Shown: piece after piece, positions 1-8,582 of the stretch
How positions within the stretch are numbered: the stretch's first letter is position 1
Layout: every line of letters starts with the position of its first letter
Origin: Burkholderiales bacterium
Lineage (GTDB): Bacteria > Pseudomonadota > Gammaproteobacteria > Burkholderiales > SG8-39
Assembly (NCBI GenBank): GCA_035517595.1
Contig: DATIYN010000176.1
Coordinates: 1 to 41,276 of the forward strand
Length of the DNA stretch: 41,276 nt
Direction: 5' to 3'
Notes under the pieces: model-generated
Database searches by the model: none
What the model was told of the DNA's origin: nothing
Seen by the model: the letters and a program-made list of their open reading frames with translations, nothing else
Translations under genes and position numbers: made by a program

Positions 1-1464
1 GTGTTCCGCCACATGCATAGCCTCAGCCTCCGCTTCCACCTCGAGCGCCAGACGGGCGGCGTGTCGCGCGACATCGAGCGCGGCACGCGCGGCATTGCGA
101 CGCTGCTCTCCTACTTCCTGTTCTCGATCATTCCGGTGATCCTGGAATTCAGCCTGGTGGCGGCGATCCTGCTTGCGAAGTTCGATTGGCGCTTTGCCGC
201 GGTGACTTTTGCGGCAGTCGCGATCTACATGACCTTCACGGTGTCGGTGACCGAGTGGCGCATGGAGATCCGCCGCCAGGCCAACGAGCTGGATTCGAAG
301 GCCAACACCCGCGCGATCGACAGCCTGCTCAACTACGAGACGGTGAAGTACTTCAACAACGAGGAGTACGAGGCGCGGCGCTACGACGAGAACCTGCAGA
401 AGTACGAGTCGGCCGCGGTCAAGAACGAGGCCTCGCTCGGCATCCTCAACATCGGCCAGAGCCTGATCATCGCGGTCGCGGTGACCCTGCTCATGGTGCT
501 CGCGGCGGGCGGCGTGGTCTCGAAGGAGCTCACGCTGGGCGATCTCGTGCTGGTGAACGGCCTGCTGATCCAGCTCTACATCCCGCTCAATTTCCTCGGC
601 ATGGTGTACCGCGAGATCAAGCAGGCGCTCGCCGACATGGACCGCATGTTCCGCCTGCTCAAGCAGGATCGCGAGGTCGAGGACCGGCCCGGGGCGCGCT
701 CCCTCTCCGCAACCGGCGCGTCGGTGCGCTTCGAGAACGTCGATTTCTCCTACGAGGCGAGGCGGCAGATCCTGTTCGGGGTGTCCTTCGAGATTCCGGC
801 GGGGAGCAAGGTGGCCGTCGTCGGCGCGAGCGGCTCGGGCAAGTCGACGCTGGCGCGGCTGCTGTTCCGCTTCTACGACGTCGGCTCGGGGCGCGTGTCG
901 ATCAACGGGACCGACATCCGCGACCTGAAGCAATCGTCGCTGCGCGGCGCGATCGGCATCGTGCCGCAGGACACGGTGCTGTTCAACGACACCATCCTCT
1001 ACAACATCCACTACGGCCGCCCCGAGGCCTCGCTCGACGAGGTGATCGAGGCGGCGAAGGCGGCTCACATCCACGATTTCATCGAGAGCCTGCCGGACAG
1101 GTACGAGTCGCGCGTCGGCGAGCGCGGGCTGAAGCTCTCCGGCGGCGAGAAGCAGCGCGTGGCGATCGCGCGCGCCATACTCAAGAACCCCAGCATCCTG
1201 GTCTTCGACGAGGCGACTTCCGCGCTCGACTCGGAAACGGAGAAAGGCATCCAGGCGGAGCTCGACCGCATCGCGCGCGGGCGCACCACCCTCGTGATCG
1301 CGCACCGCCTGTCCACCGTCATGGATGCCGACCAGATTCTCGTGCTGGATCAGGGGCGTATCGTCGAGCGCGGCACGCACCGCGAGTTGCTCGAGCGCGA
1401 CGGCGCCTACGCCCAGATGTGGGCCCTGCAGCAGCAGGAAGAAGCCGAGCACGCCTCAGTCTAG
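1..1464 (+). CDS. ABC transporter permease/ATP-binding fusion, Atm1/HMT1-type exporter (5' end outside window)
   Basis: The ORF runs off the left edge. The C-terminal part of an exporter TMD is followed by an NBD with Walker A GASGSGKST, signature LSGGEKQR, Walker B ILVFDEATSALD and H-loop AHRLST. Stop is TAG at 1462-1464. Confidence 0.9.
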   Translation: MFRHMHSLSLRFHLERQTGGVSRDIERGTRGIATLLSYFLFSIIPVILEFSLVAAILLAKFDWRFAAVTFAAVAIYMTFTVSVTEWRMEIRRQANELDSKANTRAIDSLLNYETVKYFNNEEYEARRYDENLQKYESAAVKNEASLGILNIGQSLIIAVAVTLLMVLAAGGVVSKELTLGDLVLVNGLLIQLYIPLNFLGMVYREIKQALADMDRMFRLLKQDREVEDRPGARSLSATGASVRFENVDFSYEARRQILFGVSFEIPAGSKVAVVGASGSGKSTLARLLFRFYDVGSGRVSINGTDIRDLKQSSLRGAIGIVPQDTVLFNDTILYNIHYGRPEASLDEVIEAAKAAHIHDFIESLPDRYESRVGERGLKLSGGEKQRVAIARAILKNPSILVFDEATSALDSETEKGIQAELDRIARGRTTLVIAHRLSTVMDADQILVLDQGRIVERGTHRELLERDGAYAQMWALQQQEEAEHASV

Positions 1465-1472
1465 ACTGAGGC
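1453..1472. repeat. perfect 20-nt palindrome centred on the ABC exporter stop codon
   Basis: GCCTCAGTCT|AGACTGAGGC. The central CTAG contains the TAG stop at 1462-1464. Confidence 0.9.
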
Positions 1473-1543
1473 CTGACAGGCGGGCGGCCTATGCCGCTGT
1501 CATGACGTTGCGTGAAGAGTACGGTGTATCTCTTTCTTTTCGT

Positions 1544-1572
1544 TTGCAAATCGCCGTTGTCACGGCTAAACT
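1544..1572 (+). promoter_or_regulatory. candidate sigma70 promoter for pbpG
   Basis: TTGCAA (1544-1549), a 17-nt spacer, then TAAACT (1567-1572). This lies about 30 nt upstream of the GTG and its GGAGG site. Confidence 0.35.
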
Positions 1573-1602
1573 AGCCACCCCAACAAGAAGCTCGGAGGGA
1601 GG

Positions 1603-2469
1603 GTGCGCGTTCTCTTTGCGTTCCTGCTTGCGTTGGTCGTCGCCTCGACGCCGGCCCTCGCGCGCGAGCCGCGGACGCCCGCGCTGAAATCGCAGGCGGC
1701 GCTCGTCGTCGACCAGGACTCCGGCGAGATCCTCCTCGGCAAGAACGCGGACTCGAAGCTGCCGATCGCGTCGCTCACGAAGCTGATGACCGCGATCGTC
1801 ACGCTCGACGCCGGGCTCGACCCGAGCGAGCCGGTCACGATCACCAAGGCGGACGTCGACAGGCTGCGCGGCTCGCACTCGCGCCTGCAGGTCGGCACGA
1901 CTCTCACGCGCGACGAGATGCTGCACCTCGCGCTCATGGCCTCCGAGAATCGCGCCGCGTCCGCGATCGCGAACTCGTACCCGGGCGGTCGCGACTCCTG
2001 CGTGCTCGCGATGAACCTCAAGGCGCAGCTGCTCGGAATGACCGGCACGCGCTTCGAGGACGGCACGGGCCTGTCCGGCCACAACGTCTCGACCGCCCAG
2101 GACCTGGCGAAGCTCGTGCAGGCGGCGCACGCGTACCCCAGGATCCGGGAGTTCACGACCTCGACCTCGTATCAGGTGCAGGTCGGGCGCCGCACGATGC
2201 GCTTCGGCAACACCAACAACCTGACGCGCAGCTCGCGCTGGGAGATCGGGCTATCCAAGACCGGATACATCGCCGAGGCGGGGCGCTGCCTGGTCATGCA
2301 GGTGACGCTCACCGGGCGTTCCATTATCATCGTGCTGCTGGATTCCTGGGGCAAATACACTCGTGTCGGCGACGCAACCCGCATCCGTCAGTGGCTGGAG
2401 TTCGCCGCCGGCGCTTCCGCGCACCGATCCTCGGCGGGTTTGCCGCCAGGAAGAGACAAGCCGGTCTAG
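1603..2469 (+). CDS. pbpG: D-alanyl-D-alanine endopeptidase / serine-type peptidase S11 (PBP7-like)
   Basis: N-terminal signal peptide MRVLFAFLLALVVASTPALA. Penicillin-binding motifs SLTK (SxxK), SEN (SxN) and KTG are present. GTG start is preceded by GGAGG at 1594-1598. Confidence 0.85.
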   Translation: MRVLFAFLLALVVASTPALAREPRTPALKSQAALVVDQDSGEILLGKNADSKLPIASLTKLMTAIVTLDAGLDPSEPVTITKADVDRLRGSHSRLQVGTTLTRDEMLHLALMASENRAASAIANSYPGGRDSCVLAMNLKAQLLGMTGTRFEDGTGLSGHNVSTAQDLAKLVQAAHAYPRIREFTTSTSYQVQVGRRTMRFGNTNNLTRSSRWEIGLSKTGYIAEAGRCLVMQVTLTGRSIIIVLLDSWGKYTRVGDATRIRQWLEFAAGASAHRSSAGLPPGRDKPV

Positions 2470-2484
2470 ATCGGGGCGGCGGGC

Positions 2485-3477
2485 GTGAGGCCCGAGGCCA
2501 GCCCCGCGCCCCTCGCGCCGGGGATCGTCCGCTTCTACAGTTTTCTTCCCCGCGCCGAGAGCCTGCGCGATGACGTCCTCGCGGGCCTCGCGCTTCCGCA
2601 GAAGAGCATTCCGCCGAAGTATTTCTACGACGAAGACGGCTGCCGGCTGTTCGAGGCGATCTGCGAGCTCCCCGAGTACTACCTCACCCGCACCGAGACC
2701 GCAATCCTCCGCGGCCACATCGCGGACATCGCGCACTTCGTCGGCCCCGACGCCGAGCTGATCGAGTTCGGCGCGGGCGTGCAGGCGAAGACCCGCATCC
2801 TCATCCAGGCGCTGCAGACGCGACTGTACGTCCCGATCGACATCGCGATGGACACGCTGCAGGCTTCCTCGAACGAACTCGCGGGCCGCTTTCCCTGGCT
2901 GAACGTCGTCGGCATCCGCGCCGACTATACGCGGCCTCTGGCGCTGCCCGAGTTCGCGGGCGTCCCGGTCCGGCGCAAGGCCGTGTTCTTCCCGGGCTCG
3001 ACGGTCGGCAATTTCACGCCGGCCGAGGCGCTCGAGTTCCTGAGGCGGGCGCGCCGCACCGCGGGCAAGGGCGGCGTGCTGCTGATCGGCGTGGATCTGA
3101 AGAAGGACAAGGCGACGCTGGACGCAGCCTACGCCGACTCCAAGGGAGTGACCGCGCGCTTCAACCTCAACCTGCTCAAGCGCATCAACAGCGAGCTGGG
3201 CGCGGACTTTCGGCTAGAGCGCTTTCGGCACAGGGCGTTCTACGACCCGGCCCTGGGGCGGGTGGAGATGCACATCGAGAGCGTCGACGCGCAGATCGTC
3301 CATGTCGCGGGCCAGCGCTTCGATTTTGCGCGCGGCGAGACCATCCACACCGAGATCTCCTGCAAGTACTCCGTCGCCGAGTTCCAGGAGCTCGGCAGGC
3401 GCGCGGGGTTCGCCCCCGAGAAGGTGTGGACCGATCCCGAGCAGCTTTTCAGCGTGCACGGCATGGTGGCCGCCTAG
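2485..3477 (+). CDS. egtD: EgtD-like L-histidine N(alpha)-methyltransferase family protein (orphan, no egtB nearby)
   Basis: Characteristic N-terminal block LRDDVLAGLALPQKSIPPKYFYDEDGCRLFEAICELPEYYLTRTE and a length of about 330 aa match the EgtD (DUF2260) methyltransferase fold. Substrate cannot be inferred. Confidence 0.7.
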   Translation: MRPEASPAPLAPGIVRFYSFLPRAESLRDDVLAGLALPQKSIPPKYFYDEDGCRLFEAICELPEYYLTRTETAILRGHIADIAHFVGPDAELIEFGAGVQAKTRILIQALQTRLYVPIDIAMDTLQASSNELAGRFPWLNVVGIRADYTRPLALPEFAGVPVRRKAVFFPGSTVGNFTPAEALEFLRRARRTAGKGGVLLIGVDLKKDKATLDAAYADSKGVTARFNLNLLKRINSELGADFRLERFRHRAFYDPALGRVEMHIESVDAQIVHVAGQRFDFARGETIHTEISCKYSVAEFQELGRRAGFAPEKVWTDPEQLFSVHGMVAA

Positions 3478-3480
3478 CGC

Positions 3481-4116
3481 CTAGCGCGAGCGGCAGCTGA
3501 TCGAAATGCCCTCGCTGGAGGCGCCCTCGGCGAAGCGCAGGCCGAATCCCGGGCGCTTCTTCACGTAGTCCAGGAACTCTGTGACCTGCCGCGCGTAGGG
3601 GTGCGCTACGTTGTGCGCGGTGTAGCAGCCGCCGGGAGCGATCTTCGCCTCGAGGTCGAGGAAGTACTGGAGGTACCACTCCTTGTCGGCGTCGGAGAAC
3701 ACGAAGTCCCAGGGGCCGGGCAGCGCCTTCACAAGCTCGTGCGCGTCGCCGAGCCGCGCGTCGACGTACTCGGCGAGCCCCGCGCGCCTGAAGTTGGCGA
3801 GCGCGCGCTCGTGCCTGCCCCGGTCGATCTCGATCGTCGTGACCCTGCCGCCCGTTTTCGCGGCCGCCCAGGCGAGCCAGACGGTCGAGTGTCCGGTCGA
3901 CGTTCCGATCTCGAGAATTCTCTTGTATCCGCCCTTGACCACGAGATTATGAAGGATCTGGCCGTCCCGGTAGGGCACGTTGAGGTAGTCCCAGCGGCCG
4001 CGCTCGGCGGACAGGAAGGCCTGGACCTGTCGGTCGAGCTCGGGCGAGTCAGCAGCCGAGCCCGGCGCGACGGCGAAACAGGTGGCGAGGGTGCCGATCC
4101 AGCGCGCGAACCGCAT
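3481..4116 (-). CDS. class I SAM-dependent O-methyltransferase (family 3, caffeoyl-CoA OMT-like) with Sec-type signal peptide
   Basis: SAM-binding motif ILEIGTSTGHS and downstream FVFSDADK are typical of O-methyltransferase family 3. The N-terminus MRFARWIGTLATCFAVAPGSA|AD looks like a cleavable signal peptide. Confidence 0.8.
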   Translation of the reverse strand: MRFARWIGTLATCFAVAPGSAADSPELDRQVQAFLSAERGRWDYLNVPYRDGQILHNLVVKGGYKRILEIGTSTGHSTVWLAWAAAKTGGRVTTIEIDRGRHERALANFRRAGLAEYVDARLGDAHELVKALPGPWDFVFSDADKEWYLQYFLDLEAKIAPGGCYTAHNVAHPYARQVTEFLDYVKKRPGFGLRFAEGASSEGISISCRSR

Positions 4117-4145
4117 AGAAGCGCGGAATTCTATACCACGCTGCG

Positions 4146-4154
4146 TGCTATGAT
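4146..4154 (+). promoter_or_regulatory. candidate extended -10 promoter (TGcTATGAT) placing the transcription start at or next to the lutA ATG
   Basis: TG at 4146-4147, one nt, then TATGAT at 4149-4154, then exactly 6 nt (TTTTTC) before ATG 4161. No Shine-Dalgarno motif is present in the 44-nt divergent intergenic region. Confidence 0.35.
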
Positions 4155-4160
4155 TTTTTC

Positions 4161-4886
4161 ATGCGCGTCGGCCTACTGGTCACCTGCCTCGTCGATCTGA
4201 TGCGGCCGTCGATCGGGTTCGCCGCGCTCAAGCTCCTCGAGGACGCCGGCTGCGACGTCGTCGTTCCCGCGACGCAGACCTGCTGCGGCCAGCCGGGCTG
4301 GAACTCGGGCGACCGCAGGGCCGCGCGCGCGCTCGCCGAAAAGCTCATCGCCGATTTCGAGGACTGCCCCTACGTCGTTGCGCCCTCCGGCTCGTGCGCA
4401 GGCATGATCCGTACGCATTTCCCCGAGGTGTTCTCGGAAGACGCCGGGATGCGGGCGAGGGCCGAGCGCTTCGGCGCGCGCACCTACGAGCTGACCGAGT
4501 TCCTCGCCAAGGTGGCACACCGTCCCCGGGTGTCGGCGCGCTTCGACGGCGCGGTGACCTACCACGACTCGTGCTCGGGCCTGCGCGAGCTGGGCGTGAA
4601 GACGGAGCCGCGCAAGCTGCTCGCCAAGGTGGAAGGCCTCAAGCTCGTCGAAATGGAGGAGTGCGAGACCTGCTGCGGGTTCGGCGGGACTTTTTCGATC
4701 AAATACGGCGACGTCTCGGCGGAAATGGCCGAGCGCAAGTGCGCCCACATCGCCGCGAGCGGAGCGCAGGCCGTGGTGCTCGGCGACCTCGGCTGCATGC
4801 TCAACATCGAGGGGCGGCTGCGCAAGCGCGGCGACGACACGACGCGCGTGCTGCACGTCGCCGAGGTGCTGGCCGGAGAGCGCTGA
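4161..4886 (+). CDS. lutA: lactate utilization protein A, (Fe-S)-binding CCG-domain oxidoreductase
   Basis: The N-terminus MRVGLLVTCLVDLMRPSIGFAA...TCCGQPGWNSGD and a second CCG motif ETCCGFGG are typical of LutA/YkgE. The stop overlaps the lutB start (TGATG). Confidence 0.85.
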   Translation: MRVGLLVTCLVDLMRPSIGFAALKLLEDAGCDVVVPATQTCCGQPGWNSGDRRAARALAEKLIADFEDCPYVVAPSGSCAGMIRTHFPEVFSEDAGMRARAERFGARTYELTEFLAKVAHRPRVSARFDGAVTYHDSCSGLRELGVKTEPRKLLAKVEGLKLVEMEECETCCGFGGTFSIKYGDVSAEMAERKCAHIAASGAQAVVLGDLGCMLNIEGRLRKRGDDTTRVLHVAEVLAGER

Positions 4887-6301
4887 TGCAGATCCAGTCG
4901 ATGCACTTCAGGCCGCGCGCGGCCGCGGCCCTCGCCGACGCTGCGCTACAGTCGAACCTGCAGAAGTTCAGCTCGACCGGCTTCACGGCTCTGCGCGCCA
5001 GGGCGGTGGCCGACTTCGGCGCGGGACTGTTCGAGAAGCTGCGCGGAGAGGGCGCGGCGATCCGCGACCGCGCGCTCGCGAGCCTCGACGCCTGGATCGA
5101 GCGCTTCGAGGCCGAGGCCACCCGCCGCGGCGCGACCGTGCTCTTCGCCGAGACGCGCGAGGAAGCCTGCGATCTGCTGCTGGATATCTGCCGGCGTCAC
5201 GGTGTGAAGAAGGCGATCAAATCCAAGTCGATGCTCTCGGAGGAAGCGGGGGTAAACGAGGCGCTCGAAGCCGCGGGCGTGACGCCCGTCGAGACCGACC
5301 TCGGCGAGTACATCCTGCAGCTCGCCGGCGAGCCGCCCTCGCACATCATTGCGCCGGCGCTGCACAAGAACAGGGGCGAGGTCGCCGACCTGTTCGAGGC
5401 GCGCCACCGCGCGCCGCGCAAGACCGACATCCCGCTCATGACGCGCGAGGCGCGCGAGGTGCTGCGCGGGCACTTCCTCGGCGCCGACCTCGGTCTCTCC
5501 GGCGGCAATTTCCTCATCGCCGAGAGCGGCTCCGGCGTGATCGTCACCAACGAGGGCAACGGCCGCATGGTGACGACGCTGCCGCGCGTTCACGTCTGCC
5601 TGACCGGAATCGAGAAGGTGATCCCGACGCTCGAGGATTTCGCGACGCTCCTGCGCCTGCTGACGCGCTCGGCGACCGGCCAGCCGATCTCCAACTACGT
5701 GAGCCTGTTCACGGGGCCCCGTCAGGCGCCCGACCGCGACGGGCCCGAGTACATGTATTTCGTGCTCGTCGACGCCGGGCGAACGAGCCTGGTCGGCGGC
5801 GGGATGCAGGAGATGCTGCGCTGCATCCGCTGCGGCGCGTGCATGAACCACTGCCCCGTATACCGGGCCGTCGGCGGTCACGCCTACGGCTGGGTCTATC
5901 CGGGTCCGATGGGGTCGGTGCTCACGCCAAGCTACGTCGGGCTGGAGAACGCGCTCGACCTGCCGCACGCGGCGACCCTGTGCGGCGCCTGCTCGGTCGC
6001 CTGCCCGGTGAAGATCCCGCTGCCCGAGCTGCTGCGGGACCTGCGCGAGAAGCAGGTCGATCGCGGCCTGCGCCCGGCGAGGGAGAGGCTGGGCTTGCGC
6101 CTGTGGGCGTGGCTCGCCCTGCGTCCGCGCCTGTACGCGCTCGCGACGGCCGCGGCGGCGGCCTTCCTGCGCGCGCTCGGGGGCCGGAGCGGAATGATCT
6201 CGAGGCTGCCCTTCGGCTCGGAGTGGACCCGCGGCCGGTTCTTCCCCGCGCCGAGGTCCTGGAGAACGTTCCGCTCGCTCTACGCCGCGCGCCGGCGCTA
6301 G
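4886..6301 (+). CDS. lutB: lactate utilization protein B, 4Fe-4S cluster-binding (LUD domain)
   Basis: I use the internal ATG of the longer track ORF (MQIQSMHFRP...). Ferredoxin motifs CIRCGACMNHCP and CGACSVACP are present, with a LutB/YkgF-like N-terminal LUD domain. Length is 471 aa. Confidence 0.85.
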   Translation: MQIQSMHFRPRAAAALADAALQSNLQKFSSTGFTALRARAVADFGAGLFEKLRGEGAAIRDRALASLDAWIERFEAEATRRGATVLFAETREEACDLLLDICRRHGVKKAIKSKSMLSEEAGVNEALEAAGVTPVETDLGEYILQLAGEPPSHIIAPALHKNRGEVADLFEARHRAPRKTDIPLMTREAREVLRGHFLGADLGLSGGNFLIAESGSGVIVTNEGNGRMVTTLPRVHVCLTGIEKVIPTLEDFATLLRLLTRSATGQPISNYVSLFTGPRQAPDRDGPEYMYFVLVDAGRTSLVGGGMQEMLRCIRCGACMNHCPVYRAVGGHAYGWVYPGPMGSVLTPSYVGLENALDLPHAATLCGACSVACPVKIPLPELLRDLREKQVDRGLRPARERLGLRLWAWLALRPRLYALATAAAAAFLRALGGRSGMISRLPFGSEWTRGRFFPAPRSWRTFRSLYAARRR

Positions 6302-7260
6302 AGCCAGCCGGCCTTGCGGAAGCGGAAGAAGAGGATGACGTTGATCACCGCCATCGCGGCGACCGTCACCGGGTAGCCCCAGGCCCAGTCGAGCTCCGGC
6401 ATGTTCTTGAAGTTCATGCCGTAGAGGCTCGCGACAAAGGTCGGCACCGCGATCAGCGCGCCCCAGGCCGCGAGCCGCTTGGTCACCTCGGTCTCGCTGA
6501 ACGTGATCATCGCGACGTTGACCTGGATCGCCGTGGTGACGGTGTCGCGCTGGCTGTTGATCGTCTGGCTGATGCGCACGAGGTGGTCGTAGACGTCGCG
6601 GTAGTATTCCTGCATTCCGGTGCACACCTGAGGGACGCGGCCGCCGTACAGCTTGCCCACGGCTTCGAGCAGCGGCAGCACCGCGTGCTGGAGCGTGGTG
6701 AGCTTCTGACGCACGTAGTACAGGCCCTCGATATTGGCGCGGAGCGAGCTCCCCGAGAAGATCTGAGCCTCGAACTTCTCGAATTCGTCCTCGATGGCGT
6801 CGAGCACCGGGAAGTAACGGTCGACCACGGCGTCGATGAGCGCGTAGAACACGAATCCCGACCCGAGCTTCAGCAGCTCGGGCTCGCTCTCGCAGCGTGC
6901 CCGCACCGAAGCGAAGCCCGGCTCGGCCTGATTGCGCACCGAAAGGATGTAGTTCCTTCCGACGAACAGGTCGACCTCGCCGACCTTGAGCTCGTCCCCG
7001 AACTGGACGTTGTGCAGCACCGCGAAAAGGGAGCCGCCGTACTCGTCGATCTTGGGGCGCTGGTGGCCGTGGGTCGCGTCCTCGACGGCGAGCTCGTGCA
7101 GATCGAACTCCTTTTGCATGGCGGCGAGCTCGCCCGGCCCCGGATCCTTGAGCGCGACCCAGACGAAGCACTCGGGACGGCCGACGTACTGCCCGATCTC
7201 CTCGGGCTTGATGTCGCCGAGCTTTCGTCCGTCCTGGTAGGCGCCGCAATTGACCAGCAT
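6298..7260 (-). CDS. corA: magnesium/cobalt transporter CorA
   Basis: The internal start MLVNCGAYQDG is preceded by GGGAGA. The YGMNF (GMN) motif sits before the two C-terminal TM helices. Length is 320 aa. The upstream part of the 726-aa track ORF is rejected. Confidence 0.9.
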   Translation of the reverse strand: MLVNCGAYQDGRKLGDIKPEEIGQYVGRPECFVWVALKDPGPGELAAMQKEFDLHELAVEDATHGHQRPKIDEYGGSLFAVLHNVQFGDELKVGEVDLFVGRNYILSVRNQAEPGFASVRARCESEPELLKLGSGFVFYALIDAVVDRYFPVLDAIEDEFEKFEAQIFSGSSLRANIEGLYYVRQKLTTLQHAVLPLLEAVGKLYGGRVPQVCTGMQEYYRDVYDHLVRISQTINSQRDTVTTAIQVNVAMITFSETEVTKRLAAWGALIAVPTFVASLYGMNFKNMPELDWAWGYPVTVAAMAVINVILFFRFRKAGWL

Positions 7261-7362
7261 TGTTTCTCCCGTCTCGCGCCGGAAATGATAAGCCACGAGG
7301 GGCTTTGCGCATAGGATAAAATGAGGTGCTTGACACGCCCCTGGCATCCCTGACATATCCGC

Positions 7363-8574
7363 ATGCCCAAGATCAGCCGCCGCACCGAGAACCTCGGCAC
7401 CGAGAACGCCTTCGTGGTCCTCGCCGAGGTGAACGAGCTCGCCCGCAGGGGCAAGGACCTCATCTCCTTCTGCATCGGACAGCCGGACTTCCATACACCG
7501 GTGAACATCCAGGACGCCGCGGTGCGCGCCGTGCGCGAGGGCAAGCACGGCTATACGCCCTCGGCCGGCATCCCCGAGCTGCGCGAGGCCGCGGCGCGCT
7601 ACATGGGGGCGATGCGCGGGCTGTCGATCCGGCCCGAGGATGTCGTGATCGGCGGCGGCGCGAAGCCCTTCATCGCCTACGCCATCCTCTCGACCACCGA
7701 CTACGGCGTGGGGGACGAGGTGATCTACCCGAACCCGGGTTTCCCGATCTACGAGTCCCAGATTGTGGCGAACGGGGCGGTGCCGGTGCCGCTCCATCTG
7801 CGCGAGGCGCGCAATTTTGCCTTCGATCCCTCGGAGCTCGAGTCGAAGATCACGAAGAAGACGAAGCTCCTCATCCTCAATTCGCCGCAGAACCCGACCG
7901 GAGGCATCCTCGGGAAGAGAGACCTCGAGGCGATCGCCGCGATCCTCGGGCGTCATCCCGACGTCTGGATCTACGCCGACGAGATCTACTCGCGGCTGTG
8001 CTACGAGGGCGAGTTCTGCTCGATCGCGTCTTTTCCCGGAATGGTCGAGCGCACCATCATCTCCGACGGCGCCTCCAAGACCTGGGCGATGACCGGCTGG
8101 CGCATCGGCTTCGCGTCCAGCCCGGCGCTCGCGCCGCAGTTCGTGCGCTGGGTGACCAACACGGACTCCTGCGCGTCGCACATCAGCCAGTGGGCCGCGG
8201 TCGAGGCCGTGAACGGTCCGCAGGACGAGGCGCAGAGGATGCGCGACTCCTTCCTCGCGCGCCGCGACCTCATCGTCGGCCTCCTGAACAAGGTGCCGGG
8301 CGTGTTCTGCAAGACCCCCGGCGGCGCCTTCTACGCCTGGCCGAACGTTACCGAGGCCTGCCGCATGATAGGCGCGGCCGACTCCGAGGAATTCAGGAAG
8401 CGCCTCCTGAACGAGGCCGGGGTCGCCGTGCTCGCCGACATCCACTTCGGCGCGCGCGTGCCGGGCGAAGGCCAGCACATCCGTTTCTCCTACGCGGCTT
8501 CCAATGCCGCGATCGAGCAGGGCGTGGCGCGCATGGCGGAGTTCATCCGGAAGAACCAGCGCCGCGCGGCGTAG
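7363..8574 (+). CDS. pyridoxal-phosphate-dependent aminotransferase, class I/II (aspartate/aromatic-like)
   Basis: 403 aa. The PLP-lysine region [12 protein letters not shown] and the NSPQNPTG motif are typical of class I aminotransferases. Confidence 0.9.
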   Translation: MPKISRRTENLGTENAFVVLAEVNELARRGKDLISFCIGQPDFHTPVNIQDAAVRAVREGKHGYTPSAGIPELREAAARYMGAMRGLSIRPEDVVIGGGAKPFIAYAILSTTDYGVGDEVIYPNPGFPIYESQIVANGAVPVPLHLREARNFAFDPSELESKITKKTKLLILNSPQNPTGGILGKRDLEAIAAILGRHPDVWIYADEIYSRLCYEGEFCSIASFPGMVERTIISDGASKTWAMTGWRIGFASSPALAPQFVRWVTNTDSCASHISQWAAVEAVNGPQDEAQRMRDSFLARRDLIVGLLNKVPGVFCKTPGGAFYAWPNVTEACRMIGAADSEEFRKRLLNEAGVAVLADIHFGARVPGEGQHIRFSYAASNAAIEQGVARMAEFIRKNQRRAA

Positions 8575-8582
8575 GCCTGTCC

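Noticed and set aside
4946-7336. 796-aa minus-strand ORF spanning lutB and corA. Similar very long ORFs occur at 26553-29444 (-), 14852-16282 (-), 33578-35521 (+), 10300-11574 (+), 13545-14591 (-) and 24748-26889 (-).
   Set aside because: The translations are Arg/Ala/Gly/Pro/His-rich low-complexity strings. They lie antisense or out of frame to ORFs with clear family motifs. This is the typical shadow-ORF artefact of GC-rich DNA, where stop codons are rare.
7330-7362. Possible leaderless promoter for the aminotransferase: TTGACA at 7330-7335 and TGaCATATC at 7351-7359, just upstream of ATG 7363.
   Set aside because: The -35 is perfect, but the -10 is poor and ends only 3-4 nt before the ATG. 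That geometry is worse than at lutA, so it is too weak to call as a feature.
6298-8478. Long N-terminal extensions of track ORFs. Examples are corA as 726 aa, mnmA as 776 aa, GST as 441 aa, purB as 632 aa, DMT as 641 aa, tgt as 559 aa, DUF1800 as 914 aa, DUF1501 as 613 aa, folK as 564 aa, the permease as 519 aa, HAD as 388 aa and panC as 408 aa.
   Set aside because: The recognisable protein begins at an internal start. That start often has a Shine-Dalgarno motif or a 4-nt overlap with the upstream stop. The upstream extensions are low-complexity and overlap neighbouring real genes or, for DUF1800, the tRNA.
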